From Schizosaccharomyces osmophilus (taxonomy: Eukaryota), in contig NC_079239.1 in assembly GCF_027921745.1 (NCBI RefSeq), positions 3,410,001 through 3,474,000 on the forward strand: a stretch of DNA of 64,000 nt. The letters run 5' to 3'. Position 1 is the stretch's first letter; every line of letters begins with the position of its first letter. The notes below the pieces were generated by a model. The model made no database searches and was not told the DNA's origin. It worked only from the letters and a program-made list of their open reading frames with translations. Below, piece after piece: positions 12,174 to 25,710 of this stretch. Made by a program: the position numbers and the translations under genes.

Positions 12174-13074
12174 ATTATGCATCCATTGAGCTAATCGCCT
12201 TTGCTTCTAATTCCAAGGGGTGCTTTTTTTAATCTACTTATATATATATATACATATACTGATTCTATGTTATATTACTATCGCATTTTCTATACATGTT
12301 TTTATCAGGTCAGCTCTGTTGCTGACTTTCAAATCAGTCTTAATTTATTATATTTAATTTATTTAGTTTAGTTTTATACTTTTATAGTTTTCTTACTAAT
12401 CGCCTCGTTGGTCTGGTTTGATTCAATACATCCTTTTCTTCTTGTTTTATTTTGAGAGCAACCCTCCTTTGTTGTACTTTTAATAACTCAAATGTTTATG
12501 AAAACAAACGTAAAAATAAAGCTTGATAAAGTATAAGATAGTGTCTGGGTCGTATGGGGAAGGGCTTTTTGGATTTGGATAAGCGGCTGAACATCTAAAT
12601 GCTTTATCATGTACAAGTTGTAGACTATTTCCTGTCGAAACAAAGGAAAAGGTGTCAAAGGATTAACAATTATCTTTGCACGATTCTTTACAGCAAAATG
12701 AAACTTATGGTGACTTCTGGATTTCTAAGATTTATTGAAAAGAGTTGATCATGACCAAATCAGCTTAGTTATAAAAGATTATGAATGAAAATGAATATTT
12801 TTATGCGCCACATAGAAAAGCACATTTACGACCTTGTATATCTCTTGACTTGAAAACTCATCCAAGATCTATCTTACTTCACTAATAAGTTCATTACTCA
12901 CTACAAACATGTATACAAAATACTTACATCTCTTTATAAATTCCCTAAAAAATGAAATCCTTTATTTAAAATGTTCTATATAAAATGCTAGTCTAGGAAA
13001 ACTCGATCTCAAAAAAAAATTCTAACCGAACCGAACTAAACCATGATTAAGTGAAATTATGCATCATTTATGAT

Positions 13075-14775
13075 TTATTGATCGGCAGCAGGAGCTCTGG
13101 CGTTGGTAGCACCAACAACGGATCCCCAAGCAACCAATTCCTTGGTGCAATCGTCAGTGTGGTTGTAACATTCAATCAAAGTAGGGCCCTCCTTGTTGGC
13201 AAGAGCGATTTGGATAGCTTGGTCAAGCTCTTCACCAGTGTTGGCCTTGAGACCCTTGGCCTTACCGTCCTCAGCGTTGAAGGATTCCATGAAGGCAGCA
13301 TAGTCCCAGTTCTTGATACGGTTATAAGGACCGTCGTGGATTTGGATCTCAATGGTGTAACCACGGTTGTTGATCAAGAAGATGATGACGGGGAGCTTGT
13401 GAAGAACCATTTGGGCGAGTTCTTGACCAGTCAATTGGAAGGAACCATCACCGACCATGATAACGGTTCTTCTCTTGGGGGCAGCAATAGCATAACCCAA
13501 AGCGGAAGGAACGGACCAACCGATGTGACCCCATTGCATTTCAATTTCAAACTTGGCACCTTCGGGCAAGTTCATTTGCATACCGTTGAACCAAGAGTCA
13601 CCAGTCTCGGCGTACAAAGTGGTGTTACCATCAATGACACCTTGGATTTGGCGCATGAGTTCTTCACGGGTAAGGAGCTCCTTGGGGTTGGCGGGAGCAT
13701 AGTTGAGCAAGGCAGGCTTGATGCGGGCGTACTCAACCATGGTAGCGTTCTTCTTGGAGACCTTGTCGGCCAAGCGGCTCAAGAATTCGTCCATCTTCAC
13801 ACGGGTGAATTCGTAACCGGGCAAGCTGACGTGCATGTAGTCACTGTCAATGAATTGCTCGGCGGAGGGACCGATCTTGTAACCGTTGGAGGTGTAGTCG
13901 TTGAAAACGGTACCGGCACCAATGAAGAAGTCAGCGAAATCACCGATCTTGTCAGCAGCGCGAGTGCTGCACAAACCCCAGTAAACACCAGCGTAGTTCT
14001 TGTATTCTTCGGAGATGAAACTCTTAGCGTTGGGTTGGACAACGACGGCAGCATCGAGGGCACCAGCCAACTTCAAGAAAGCCTTCTCGGCACCAGCAGC
14101 ACGGATCTTGGGACCAGCCAACATGATGGGCTTCTCAGACTTGGAAATCAAGTCAGCAGCGACATCAGTGGCTTGTTCAAGAGAGGCCTTGTCGGAGGTC
14201 TCGGGCTCAATAACAGCGCTGATGGGACCGGGCTTGGGGCAGGGTTGAGTGGCCATGTTGGTGGGGACTTCAATGTAGACAGGCTTGTGTTGCAAGACAG
14301 CTTGACGGAGAGCGTGGTCAATCAAGCGAGGAGCCTCATTGGCACGACGGAGAGCAACGGCGGCGACAGTGAGGTTCTTGGCAATGTCCATTTGGTAGTC
14401 AAAGTTGTGAGTACCAGTGGTGTGGTGCAAGATGTGGGAGGAGTTGAGGTCATTAGTGTTAGGAGCACCACTGATCAAAATAACGGGGAGGTTCTCAGCA
14501 TAAGCACCACCAATACCGTCGAAAGCGGTCAAGGCACCGACGCTGTAGGTGACAACAGCAGCGGAGATACCGTGGGCACGAGCATAACCCTCAGCAGCGA
14601 AAGCGCAGTTCAATTCGTTGCAGCAGCCAATTTCAGACAACTTGGGGTGGTACTCGAGGTAGTCCAAGAGCTTAAGGTTGTAGTCACCGGGGACAACAAA
14701 GTGGTTGATGATACCGATTTGGCTCAATCTTTCGGCAAGATAGTCACCAACAGTGAATTGAGTTTCCTTGGTCAT
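13075..14775 (-). CDS. pyruvate decarboxylase (Zymomonas-like type, as S. pombe Pdc101/Pdc102)
   Basis: MTKETQFTVGDYLAERL start, PGDYNL, NELNCAFAAEGYAR, QWGHIGWS and GDGS..NN ThDP motif. Strong codon bias, TATA at ~14822. Confidence 0.95.
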   Translation of the reverse strand: MTKETQFTVGDYLAERLSQIGIINHFVVPGDYNLKLLDYLEYHPKLSEIGCCNELNCAFAAEGYARAHGISAAVVTYSVGALTAFDGIGGAYAENLPVILISGAPNTNDLNSSHILHHTTGTHNFDYQMDIAKNLTVAAVALRRANEAPRLIDHALRQAVLQHKPVYIEVPTNMATQPCPKPGPISAVIEPETSDKASLEQATDVAADLISKSEKPIMLAGPKIRAAGAEKAFLKLAGALDAAVVVQPNAKSFISEEYKNYAGVYWGLCSTRAADKIGDFADFFIGAGTVFNDYTSNGYKIGPSAEQFIDSDYMHVSLPGYEFTRVKMDEFLSRLADKVSKKNATMVEYARIKPALLNYAPANPKELLTREELMRQIQGVIDGNTTLYAETGDSWFNGMQMNLPEGAKFEIEMQWGHIGWSVPSALGYAIAAPKRRTVIMVGDGSFQLTGQELAQMVLHKLPVIIFLINNRGYTIEIQIHDGPYNRIKNWDYAAFMESFNAEDGKAKGLKANTGEELDQAIQIALANKEGPTLIECYNHTDDCTKELVAWGSVVGATNARAPAADQ

Positions 14776-16777
14776 GTTGAATAGAATGTGTTTGATGGTT
14801 TGAAATACAGGATCTGAGCAGGTATATATAGGACTGAAGCCTTTCCCGGAATTTTCCGGCGCGAAGTGAAAATCGTTCGGCATTGCTACTTTGTTCCGAT
14901 GCTTTGTTGTCTTGATTAGATATCATTGTTACTTACCAAGGGGATATGTGGGAAGTATCCAGCTGCAGCCAATCGGCGGCCAGGACAGCTATCCGGGGCA
15001 CGGAGGTGAAAGTTTTCGCGAGGTTGTTACCTGGGAGGGGAAACAAAGAAGCTGGTGGAAAGCGTTTGAAAGAACAAAGAAGAAAAAAATGGGTTAACAA
15101 AAGTCTTCTATGGAAAAAAAATTCTCCAAATGCTTTATGTTTTGCAGGAAGATGCGACAGTTCTTTGAAATGTCACCAGAAGCAAAAGACGGTCGAGCAG
15201 ACTGACTTCCTATTGGCCACTGCTAGCAAATCAGACGAACCGGTGGGCACCAATGGGTGGCTAATTTAGGTTACGCAAGTTTCCGATTGGTGAAAAAAAT
15301 ATCTAGAGTTTGATCTAGACCGTACCATGTTCTGGCAAGGAGAGTCCATGCCCACGCTACACATGGCATTTGTCGAGATGGTGTAGAGAGGAAGACACGG
15401 TGGAGTAAGAGACGAATCGAGTTATGGGTGCTTTCGGCTGCCAAGCTTTGGTGTTTTTCTGGTCTTTTCTCTGGTGATTCCAAGTTGTTTGCGGTACTAT
15501 TGCGTAGGTTTTTCAGAATTGTTGGAGCTCGTTAGGTTGGAATAACGTGATGGTAGGTAGAATCTAATGAAAACATAAACATAAACAAGGGCAGAAAAAA
15601 TAAATTCGAAAAAAAAAGAAATAAATTAAAATAAAATAACAAGCCTTTCAACTGTTGTATATCACAGTTTATAGTTAATAATTCTTAATTTATAATTCAT
15701 GAATTCAATCGTTGTATGGATGTTTATGGAATGTTCTTGCAACAACATTCCATTCACTAAAGTTTCTCAGACAAGATTCCAACTATAGAAGTAAACCGGC
15801 GCAATCGATTTAGGAAATTCAAATTCAAAGATGATTAACGATTCAACATGAAAAGAGAGTTTTCGCGCTCTTTTCCACCTGCACAAAGAAACCCAAGCTC
15901 TTTTGTCGAAAGAGATCAAGTCTGCTAATCTCACTAGTCACTTTATCTTCATTAACCTTTCTATCTTTCTATTTTTATCTTTATCTTTATCTTTGATAAC
16001 TCTTCCAGCTATCAAAGTCCTAGGCCAGCATTATAGTTTCCTACTAGACAACATTGTACTCTGTGCTACCTGCGTTTTATCCATCAACTATTGCCATTTG
16101 AGATTTGTTTTTATTCTTGTTCAATTCAAAGAATATATGCGCTTTTATTAGTGTTTTTGAAATCAGCATTTCGAAACGAATTTCTCGTGTTTTACTTCTT
16201 TTTCGTCTTTTTCCTCATTTGTTGTCACTTTTTGTTCTTTTCCGGTTAATCCGGATTGGTTGCGATTGGTTTCAAATCCCAAACAACCTTTTCTGTTCCT
16301 TCGTTTAAACCAAACGTTAATCCTATCCTTCTCCGTCAGATAAAGCGAACATATCTGTATAGTCACACGCGATTGCAAATTTTAACGATGAATGATCCAA
16401 TTGCGACATGGTGGGATCTTATATAAAATACGCTTGAGCTGCCTCATTTTCCTTCTTCCCTTTCTATACATCCTATCTCTTATTGAAATTTGAAAGTCCA
16501 TTAAAAGGATTGTCTCTTTCTTTTTTAATTTTTATTTTTTTATCGTTTTCTGCTTCTTTTCTTTGTTGTTATTTATTTCTGCTTGTTGATTCAAGTGGAC
16601 AAGAAATATCATTGGCGTCGTTGTTCGAATCGAAACTTCATCCTTTTGGGTTATCCATTCACGTAGGCACAAAGATTCTTTTGTGTGCATTGGTTTTTGC
16701 TTTCTCTTTCTCTTTTTATATTTTTCTCTTTTTGAACTCAATGAAAGATTGTGGCTTCGTTTCAATCCATCTATAAA

Positions 16778-19357
16778 ATGCCCAAAGGATCTCAACATCA
16801 ACATACTTCTTCGGAAGAATCCAACTCGCGCTCCCAAGCTCCTAGCCAGTCGATTTCGTATTCCAACAGTCCTTTCATTGCTTCGTCCACAGTAGAGCGA
16901 GTTGACCACCATACAAGAAACAGCGATAATGAAGAGGATGATGCCTCTAGCTTGAATGTAAATCACGATGAGGATTCTAAAAAGGTCATACATGAACAAA
17001 TAAAGGGCGGAGATTCCATTCAGTCGATGGATGTTTCCCCCGGACGGATATCCCCAGAAGATGTCAGCGAATTCAATAAAAAGCCCAAATCCAAGTCCAA
17101 CTTTTTTGTGAGGCTCCTTACCTTGTCCTCATCTTCCCTTGTTTCCAATCAAGCCAATTGCTATTACGATGAAAACGGTGAAGTGGAAGACTCTATTTAT
17201 TCTGAAGTAAGGGCCTCCGTTCCTCCTACCGACGATTACTCCAAACCCGTGAATACATGGAGAACTTGGGTGCTTACCACCATTTTTGTCATTGTGTTTG
17301 CTGCTGTCAACCAGTTTTTCAGTTTGCGTTACCCTTCTCTCACTATCAACTTTATTGTCGCCCAAATTTTATTGTTTCCTCTTGGCAAGCTCTTAAACTT
17401 ACTTCCAAATTGGACAATCGGTTACCGTCGTTGCTCCTTTTATCTCAATCCCGGCCCTTTCAATACCAAAGAACACGCTACCATCACCATTGCGGTCTCT
17501 TTAACTTCTTCAACCGCCTATGCGACAAACATTTTGTCCGCTCAAACAAGCTTTTACAATCAAGACCTCTCTTGGGGATACAAAATTCTTGTTGTACTGA
17601 CTTCCCAGATGCTTGGTTACGGCTTTGCTGGCCTCACCAGGCGCTGGATTGTCTACCCAGCCAGCATGGTTTGGCCCCAAACTTTGGTCAGCGCTGTCCT
17701 CTTTCGAACTCTTCATGGCGATGGCGGTAATGACATTGGAGAAACAAAAGAAGGAAAGACCACTGCCAACGGCTGGTCGGTATCTCGTTATCGCTTTTTC
17801 ACCTACATTTTTATCGGAGCTTTTGCTTTCTATTGGTTCCCTGGCTTCATCTTTACCGCGCTGTCTTACTTTACCTTTTTGTGTTGGATCTGGCCTAAAA
17901 ACCGTGTCGTTAACCAGCTCTTTGGATACAATTCAGGTCTCGGCATTGTTCCTGTTACATTTGATTGGCAACAAGTCGTATATAATTCCAATCCTTTGGC
18001 TTCTCCTTGGTGGGTCATTAGTAACACGATTGGCTCTGTGATTATTATCTTCTGGATTGTCGTTCCCATTTTGTACTACAAGAGTGTCTGGTTTTCCAAT
18101 TACTTGCCTATGCTCTCTTCTTCTACTTATGACAACACCGGGAAAACATTTAATTCTTCACGAGTCTTGAACTCTGATTTGTCTTTTGACCAATCAAAGT
18201 ATGAGTCCTATTCTCCTTTGTACATGCCCATGTCTTATAGCATGTCTACTGCATTAAACTTTGCTGCTGTTACTTCCATCTTTACCCATTGTATATTGTA
18301 CAACGGCAAGGATATTTGGCAACGCCTTCGTGATGAACGCGGAGCATTTGAGTGTGTCCATCGAAAATTAATGCGTAATTATCAAGAGGCTCCTCAATGG
18401 TGGTATTTGTCTTTATTCATTGTTACATTCGGTCTATCTATTTTTACGATTCAATATTACGATACACAATGTCCCGTATGGGCTTTTATTGTTGCAATGC
18501 TTATATTTATTATTAATTTTGTTCCTCAAGGCATTCTTGAGGGTATCACGAATCAGCATGTTGGTCTCAACATCATTACCGAGTTAGTTGGTGGTTATAT
18601 GTTACCGGGAAAACCTGTAGCAAACTTGATGATTAAGCTTTACGGCTTTATTCCAATGAGACAGGGCTTAGAGTTTTCAAGAGATTTGAAGCTAGCTCAA
18701 TACATGAAGGTCCCTCCTCGTATATTGTTCTCCGTTCAGATTTTCGCTACTGTCCTTGGTGGTGTTACACAGGTGGCCGTTCAAGAATGGATGCGTTTTC
18801 ACATTAAAGATATATGTACTCATGCGCAAAGTGATGGGTTCACGTGTCCCAATGGACGTTCCATCTATAATGCTTCATTGATTTGGGGAGCTATTGGGCC
18901 AGCGAAATTGTTTTCCAAGGGAAGACCTTACTACCCTTTACTCTACTTTTTTCTAATCGGTGCAGTCGCTCCGTTTTTGACATATGTGCTATATAAGAAG
19001 TTCCCAAAAGCCTGGTATGGAAAGCTCAATGCCCCAGTATTTTTCACTGGACCAGGGAACATTCCTCCTGCTACGGGTATTAATTACTCGTCTTGGGCTA
19101 TTGTAGGATTCGTTTTTAACTATGCGATCCGCAAAAAGGCCGTGCATTGGTGGACAAAGTACAACTACGTGTTAGCAGCTGCGCTAGATTCGGGCGTAGC
19201 AGTTGCTGGCGTTGTTATTTTCCTTTGTGTATCGTATCCAGGAGGAAGTTTAAGTTGGTGGGGAAATTCCGTTTACAAAAATACGTATGACTGGAAGAGT
19301 ATGCCTTACCGTTCCGTGGGTCCAAACGAAACGTTTGGCTATAGCAATTGGAGTTGA
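16778..19357 (+). CDS. pgt1: OPT-family oligopeptide/glutathione transporter (Pgt1-like)
   Basis: SIYSEVRASV..DD..PVNTWRTW, NPGPFNTKEH, KLAQYMKVPPR and YNYVLAAALDSG OPT motifs. The VNTWRTWVLTTIFVIVFAAVNQFFSLRYP segment matches my recollection of S. pombe Pgt1. Confidence 0.85.
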   Translation: MPKGSQHQHTSSEESNSRSQAPSQSISYSNSPFIASSTVERVDHHTRNSDNEEDDASSLNVNHDEDSKKVIHEQIKGGDSIQSMDVSPGRISPEDVSEFNKKPKSKSNFFVRLLTLSSSSLVSNQANCYYDENGEVEDSIYSEVRASVPPTDDYSKPVNTWRTWVLTTIFVIVFAAVNQFFSLRYPSLTINFIVAQILLFPLGKLLNLLPNWTIGYRRCSFYLNPGPFNTKEHATITIAVSLTSSTAYATNILSAQTSFYNQDLSWGYKILVVLTSQMLGYGFAGLTRRWIVYPASMVWPQTLVSAVLFRTLHGDGGNDIGETKEGKTTANGWSVSRYRFFTYIFIGAFAFYWFPGFIFTALSYFTFLCWIWPKNRVVNQLFGYNSGLGIVPVTFDWQQVVYNSNPLASPWWVISNTIGSVIIIFWIVVPILYYKSVWFSNYLPMLSSSTYDNTGKTFNSSRVLNSDLSFDQSKYESYSPLYMPMSYSMSTALNFAAVTSIFTHCILYNGKDIWQRLRDERGAFECVHRKLMRNYQEAPQWWYLSLFIVTFGLSIFTIQYYDTQCPVWAFIVAMLIFIINFVPQGILEGITNQHVGLNIITELVGGYMLPGKPVANLMIKLYGFIPMRQGLEFSRDLKLAQYMKVPPRILFSVQIFATVLGGVTQVAVQEWMRFHIKDICTHAQSDGFTCPNGRSIYNASLIWGAIGPAKLFSKGRPYYPLLYFFLIGAVAPFLTYVLYKKFPKAWYGKLNAPVFFTGPGNIPPATGINYSSWAIVGFVFNYAIRKKAVHWWTKYNYVLAAALDSGVAVAGVVIFLCVSYPGGSLSWWGNSVYKNTYDWKSMPYRSVGPNETFGYSNWS

Positions 19358-20162
19358 GCTTCTTCTAATAATGAATGGAGGGATGATTAATGCCACACAA
19401 GTGGTGTGTGCGTGTGTTTGTGTGTTGTTAATACAGAGAACGTGAACATTTATATTGTACAATACAAGCTTTATCTAGCAATATTTCGTATTATAGTAAT
19501 TGTATTTATAATTTTGTTAAATGACAGCTCATTAGTTAACTAATGTAATTTTGTTTTTTCTTGGAATTCCTAGAGAAAGCATACATAAGGTAAGAAGATG
19601 CTGAAACCAAAGATATTATTTTCTATAAGAGTATTTGGAGTGTGCATGTTCCATTAGAACATTGTAGAATGATAGAAAGGAATTATATGTAGAAACTGTT
19701 TGTTTTGCCATCCAAGATGGAGGTGTCTTTGCAAAGGAAGCTTACAAAGAGATGCACAAAGTTTACGATCTGACTCAGCCTTCGACATGATGATGAGTGA
19801 TCATTAGATATCTAAACGCCTTATAGTACCACCGCGGTGTTATCAAGACACACAACATTGCTAAATTGAGTATTCGCTTTATTGATCAATTGTTGGTACG
19901 TCACACATCAAGTTCACCAATAAACGCAAAAACACAAGGCAAATTGTTGCTAAGGAGGAAACAATTTTGTGCGTGAGTTGTGAAAATGTAGAATGCTGAA
20001 ATTACAAAGATTTCTCATTGATTTGTATGGATTGCTCATTTCTTTTGCGTTTTTGCCTTGCCTTGGAAGAGGCAGAAGGTATATATAGAGAAGGAAATAC
20101 CAGATGAAAAGAAGCATACAGATTCATATACGTTCATTTTTGAAGAAAAAAAACTTTTAATC

Positions 20163-21362
20163 ATGAGTTCAACAACCGTTCTTGAAGCATTTCCAAAATT
20201 AACGCTTGAACATCAAGCATCAGAGCCGAACAACAAAAGGCAGGAGTTTTCATTATCCAAAAGCATCTATAATGGTCATTCGTCAAAGATATCAGAGGAG
20301 GAGAAGCTTGTTGTGAAGGAGAAGAATGGCACTTCAAACACATACTCTCTTCCTACAGACTATGCATACGCAGATTTGCTTCCTTCATTCCCAGATTCCA
20401 AGGACAGGCCCCTCGATAAAGTCGAATTTCATGATCGTGGACTCCAAGCAGATCCCAGTTTCTCCAATCTATTTCGAGACGTCACAAAGATTGAGCATTT
20501 AGGAAGGGACTTGGGAACTGCGTTGCACGGAGTTCAGTTGAGTCAACTGAGTAACGTACAGAAGGATGAATTGGCTCGATTGATGGCAGAACGAGGCATT
20601 GTTTATTTCCCCGATCAAAAACAGAGCATTGAGGAATTTGAGGCATTGGGTCTCTACTACGGAACACCTCATATTCATGGTGCCAATGCGATTCCAAGAA
20701 ATGAACGCTGGAAAAACTTTCATGTCGTTTATAGTGACGATAAAACCCAATCGGATACCGTCCAAAACGTTCCTCAGATCAGACAAATCCACACGGACGT
20801 CAGTTTCGAAGAACAGCCTACAGCACAAACTTTCTTCAAAGCTTTAAAAGTTCCCGACCAAGGAGGCGATACAGTGTTTTATTCCGGATACGCTGCTTAT
20901 GAGGCTCTTTCCGACCCTCTGAAGAACTACTTGGAGGGCTTAACATTGGTACACTCTGGTGTCGAGCAAGCAGAAATGAGACGCAAAGCAGGATTTGCCA
21001 CGCGTCGCGAGGGGATTTTGAACGCTCATCCAATTGTCCGTACCCACCCAGTTACAGGATGGAAGTCTCTATACGTTAGTCCTGGTTTCAGTCGATACAT
21101 TCCTGAAGTTCCTAGGGCTGAATCCGATGCAATTTTGAACTTTTTGTACGAACATGTAGCAAGTTTATCTGCTTCTACCGTCAAAATTCGATGGGCTGAA
21201 AACGGTGTCGTCGCATGGGACAATCGTGTTGTCTTGCACAGAGCTACATATGACCATTATCCTCAAACCCGTCATTTCATCCGTATTGCTGCCCGTGGTG
21301 AAAGACCCTTTTTGGACAAGAATAGTCGTCAGCGCAAAGATGTGCTTTCCGAATCCAACTAA
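20163..21362 (+). CDS. TauD/Jlp1-like alpha-ketoglutarate-dependent sulfonate dioxygenase
   Basis: HTD (HxD) iron ligands, GGDT, HPIVRTHPVTGWKSLYV and WDNRVVLHRA motifs. Confidence 0.9.
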   Translation: MSSTTVLEAFPKLTLEHQASEPNNKRQEFSLSKSIYNGHSSKISEEEKLVVKEKNGTSNTYSLPTDYAYADLLPSFPDSKDRPLDKVEFHDRGLQADPSFSNLFRDVTKIEHLGRDLGTALHGVQLSQLSNVQKDELARLMAERGIVYFPDQKQSIEEFEALGLYYGTPHIHGANAIPRNERWKNFHVVYSDDKTQSDTVQNVPQIRQIHTDVSFEEQPTAQTFFKALKVPDQGGDTVFYSGYAAYEALSDPLKNYLEGLTLVHSGVEQAEMRRKAGFATRREGILNAHPIVRTHPVTGWKSLYVSPGFSRYIPEVPRAESDAILNFLYEHVASLSASTVKIRWAENGVVAWDNRVVLHRATYDHYPQTRHFIRIAARGERPFLDKNSRQRKDVLSESN

Positions 21363-22275
21363 ACCATATACTTCTAATGATAACGAGAATAATATTTAAC
21401 GTTACAATTTTGTTTGTAAAAAGCCTGATGCACGTTAATTCCCAACTTGTGTAAATATCCCTAAAAAAAAGTAGTAGTATATTTCATCAAAAGCATTCTC
21501 ATAAAATCCGATGAAACAGAAAGCGAATCTCCTCAAAGATGAATCAGCTTTACCAATCTTTCCATATATTCCACTTTCGCTTCAACTACAACGAAGCGAC
21601 AGGTTTGCGTTCCTTGTGCTGATCACTTCGCTTCTTCAAATAAAATTGTAACTCAGGCAAGATCTATCTGATAACTTTGAGGGTTTCCTGCTTGAATCGC
21701 TCGTTTAATGGAATGGAATGCGCAAATTTAAACACTTGCTCGTTTCCAGAGACTCTGCACATAGAAACTGAGATTTTTTTTGCCATATCATAAAGTAAAA
21801 TCATCACATAGTGGCAGTTACAACCCGTTCTTAGTACTCGAGTACAAGAAAAGAAAATGACACAAGCTGGTCACTTACGGATGCTTCTCGTCCAAGTTTT
21901 ACCATCAAACAAAATGATCCTAGATACTAGGAAATCATTATAAGATCTTGAAACAAACACTGTATGATTTGACCATGGACCACGTCAAAATACTATTCGC
22001 TAAAATTCATAGAATATTATCTTAAAGAGTAAGTGGGCTTTATATATAGTGGTACTGTCGGTAGAAAAATTGCTAAGGAAACTCTACTTACACACAACAA
22101 AACAACGCTGTTGAGCATACCAAAATTATTTATTCAAAATACTTGACGAGCTTAATTGAGTTGATATCCCAAGAGTGTTGGAATGGATAAAAAGTAAAGT
22201 ATCGGTTGCAACAAGTAATTTTACCTTGACTCGGCTGAATAAAAACATACAAAAGTGATATGATATCGGTTTGGA

Positions 22276-23796
22276 ATGTCAAAAATGGAGATGTATGAAC
22301 AAAAACGGACCCCTGAAGGCTCTACCAGTAGTGAAAAAGAGAATACAAATGTATCCTTTCATGATTCGCCGCAATACCCTAAAGCATACCCTGACGAAAT
22401 TTTTTTAATAGATTTTGACAAGGATGACCCTGAACGACCCTTGAATTGGCCTACCGGGAAGAAGCTAATACACACAGCGCTATACGGAATGACAACGTTT
22501 GCTGCTCAATTCAATAGTACAACAATGTCACCTACTGCTGGACATCTGACAACTGTATACCCCATCGGTGAAGAGGTGGCGACGCTAGCTACCTCGCTTT
22601 ACGTCTTAGGGATCGCTTTTGGTCCTATGATTTTCGCACCTTTTTCAGAAATGAATGGCAGAAAGATGGGTGTCTTTTTGCCTTTTTTTATTTCCATGCT
22701 ACTTACGGCAGGCACGGCCAGTGCAGATAACGTGGCAGCCATTATGTGCACTCGTTTTTTTTCCGGATTGTTTGCTGGTGCTCCAATCGTTTCTTCGGGA
22801 GGTGTAATGGCTGATCTTTGGAACCCAGCTCATCGAGCTACTGCTATGGTTTTTTATGCATTCTTTGTCGTTAGCGGTGCCGATTTCGGTCCTATTATCA
22901 GTAGCTTGCTTTCAAGGGGTTCGGATACGGCTTGGCGATGGCCATTATGGTTTATGGTGATTGTTCAATCTGCCATTCTGCTTATTAATATGATAGTCAT
23001 TGATGAGACATATGTTCCTGTGATTTTAGCTAAGAAAGCTCGAAGTTTACGACTTTCTACAAAGAATTGGGGCTTACATGCTGCTCATGACCAGTACAAG
23101 CTGGATGCAAAGGAGTTTATAACTTTTCATCTGTTACGTCCTTTTGCAATGTTGGCAACACCAATTGTCTTTTTCATCGCCTTGTTTGCCAGTTATGTAT
23201 ATGGCATTCTCTATATAGTCTTGACTACCATCCCCTATACGTTTGAAATGTCAAGAAATTGGAAAGGGACAGTTGGTACTCTTCCCATGATTGCAATGTT
23301 TTTGGGTGTCGTGATTGGGGGTGTTATCAATACTATATGGAACAGAAAATATGCAAAAATGCTTCAAGAGAATGGCGGAGAACCTCTTCCCGAGCAAAGA
23401 CTACCGATGATGATGATGACAGGTTGGCTTATGCCAGCTGGTATCTTCGTCTTTGCTTGGACTTCCTACGAAAGTATTCATTGGATAGTACCATTTATAG
23501 GTATTGCTATGATAGGTGTTGGGTTTTTCATTATTTTCCAAGGATGCTTAAATTATCTTGTTGATACGTTCACTAAGTTTGCTGCATCAGCTATTGCTGC
23601 GAATACGTTTACGAGATCAATTTTCGGAGGTACTTTTCCTCTATTCTCTCGTATCATGTTCAAGAAGTTAGGTGTTCACTGGGGTGGCACTTTAGTAGGG
23701 TTTGTTGCTCTCGGAATGATTCCAATTCCTTTTGTATTTTATTTTTTTGGCGAAAAGCTACGTGGAAAAAATCCATATGTCAATCTTGTGTCTTAG
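22276..23796 (+). CDS. MFS transporter, DHA1 (drug/polyamine:H+ antiporter) family
   Basis: [37 protein letters not shown] and [12 protein letters not shown] motifs; ~12 TM. Confidence 0.92.
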   Translation: MSKMEMYEQKRTPEGSTSSEKENTNVSFHDSPQYPKAYPDEIFLIDFDKDDPERPLNWPTGKKLIHTALYGMTTFAAQFNSTTMSPTAGHLTTVYPIGEEVATLATSLYVLGIAFGPMIFAPFSEMNGRKMGVFLPFFISMLLTAGTASADNVAAIMCTRFFSGLFAGAPIVSSGGVMADLWNPAHRATAMVFYAFFVVSGADFGPIISSLLSRGSDTAWRWPLWFMVIVQSAILLINMIVIDETYVPVILAKKARSLRLSTKNWGLHAAHDQYKLDAKEFITFHLLRPFAMLATPIVFFIALFASYVYGILYIVLTTIPYTFEMSRNWKGTVGTLPMIAMFLGVVIGGVINTIWNRKYAKMLQENGGEPLPEQRLPMMMMTGWLMPAGIFVFAWTSYESIHWIVPFIGIAMIGVGFFIIFQGCLNYLVDTFTKFAASAIAANTFTRSIFGGTFPLFSRIMFKKLGVHWGGTLVGFVALGMIPIPFVFYFFGEKLRGKNPYVNLVS

Positions 23797-24468
23797 CCTA
23801 TTGCCTTTTTCTTCGGTGCAAATCAAGGTATTGGTATTTTCATTATATACTTTCATTTATAGATATAAAATTTGACTATGAGAGACAAGGACGCAGTTTA
23901 GCTATATTTACATAACTAATTGTTTAAAACATTCTTAATTTAGGGAAGCTGCTTTATATCCAAACTATTTAAAAAATATAATTTACCTTTCATTTTATCA
24001 TTATTTGTGTCTTTAGAAATTAAATAGTTTGCTAATAGCTATACCTTCGGCTACATAACAAACGATTAAGCTCAATGTTTGGTCTTTAGCAAATGGTTCC
24101 ATACTTTAAACACATCGTATTTCTCAATATTCTTTGATTGAAAGCCTAGCGTGTGCCTCCAAATATCAAAGCCTTGCTCGTCCTAGTTTGAATTTTTTTT
24201 TTTTTTTTTTTCTAAACAATCATAATAATATGTAGCATTATATTGTTTTGGCGTTGAGATGTGTAAATGCTTAGAACACACCGTGGAGATATAAAATGGC
24301 AATGACACCTATCGATCATTTCGTATTCTTTATGGAGCTTGTGATAAAATGATGTTCAACAATCATATATATGCCATAAATCGAAATAGCTGTTGTCCTC
24401 TTCATGCCGACAACTTTAGATACGATTATTATAAGAATTACCGTTAAAAAGGTTTCATCATTGTAAAA

Positions 24469-25710
24469 ATGATTATTCCTATCAAAAGTATGCTGCTTTT
24501 TACGCTACTACAATGTGCAATCATCCTTGCAAAAAGAATTGAAGATGCTGAAATGCTACCAAAAGTTGAGCATCATGTGCAACAGCCAACAGGTGCATAT
24601 GAAGAATCGCCTATTCCTGACAGTCAGCGTGCTGAACGTTGGAACTTTGACACTCAATTCTCCAATATGTTTGGGTTCGCACACTTGCCGCAAACGAAAT
24701 GTTTGACGGATTGGTCTGTTGACTACGACATTGCTATTGTCGGTGTGCCATTCGATACTGCAGTATCTTATCGACCAGGAGCAAGGTTTGGTCCTCGTGC
24801 TATTCGAACTGCTTCTTCTCGACAAACAAGTCTTCGTAGTTTTAATCCTGCTTTGAATATCAATCCTTACCAAGCGAACACAAAAATTATTGATTGCGGT
24901 GACATCCCTATTACACCTTTCGATAATAATTTGGCATTAAAACAAATGACAGAAGGCTACATTGACCTCCTGTCTCATTCTATTGCTACTCCCCCGGATT
25001 CGCGAAATACACGGACTTCAGCTTTGGCAAAGGATGGAAAGTTTCATCCTCGTTTGGTTTCGCTTGGTGGCGACCATTCAATTGCTTTATCTTCACTTAG
25101 AGCTCTTGGAAGTTTGTACCAAAATGTGAGCGTTATCCACTTTGATTCTCATCTCGATACGTGGAACCCATCCACGTATCGTTCGCATTGGATGTCCGAG
25201 CAATCAGAATTCACACATGGGACTATGTTTTGGCTTGCCGGCCAGGAAGGCCTTATCAACAATGGTAGCTCTATTCATGCAGGTCTGCGCACTCGGTTAA
25301 GTGGAACTGATTATTTTGATTACGAAGAAGACAAACGAGTTGGCTTTATGCTCATTGAGGCCAGTGAAATAGATGAGATTGGAGTCAAGGGCATAGTGGA
25401 GAGGATAAAGAAGACAGTTGGGAAAAACCTTGTATACCTTAGTATTGATATTGATGTGCTTGATCCAGGCTTGGCACCAGGGACAGGTACGCCTGAAACG
25501 GGTGGATGGACAAGCCGTGAAATGAAGAGTATCCTTCGAGGTTTAGATGGACACCTGAATATCGTAGGTGCAGATATTGTGGAAGTATCACCACCATACG
25601 ATGATCAGGCAGAAAGTACGGCTCTTGCTGCAGCCGATTTTATCTTTGAGATTGTTTCAATCATGGCGAAGAATCCGCTTTACGACATGGCAAGCATGAA
25701 AAGGGTGTAA
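24469..25710 (+). CDS. agmatinase (ureohydrolase family) with N-terminal signal peptide
   Basis: [20 protein letters not shown] and [20 protein letters not shown] motifs; hydrophobic N-terminus. Confidence 0.93.
   Translation: MIIPIKSMLLFTLLQCAIILAKRIEDAEMLPKVEHHVQQPTGAYEESPIPDSQRAERWNFDTQFSNMFGFAHLPQTKCLTDWSVDYDIAIVGVPFDTAVSYRPGARFGPRAIRTASSRQTSLRSFNPALNINPYQANTKIIDCGDIPITPFDNNLALKQMTEGYIDLLSHSIATPPDSRNTRTSALAKDGKFHPRLVSLGGDHSIALSSLRALGSLYQNVSVIHFDSHLDTWNPSTYRSHWMSEQSEFTHGTMFWLAGQEGLINNGSSIHAGLRTRLSGTDYFDYEEDKRVGFMLIEASEIDEIGVKGIVERIKKTVGKNLVYLSIDIDVLDPGLAPGTGTPETGGWTSREMKSILRGLDGHLNIVGADIVEVSPPYDDQAESTALAAADFIFEIVSIMAKNPLYDMASMKRV

Noticed and set aside
13051..14784. 577-aa ORF antisense to pyruvate decarboxylase
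   Set aside because: It mirrors the PDC codons. Strong codon bias in a highly expressed gene removes antisense stops, and there are no recognisable motifs.
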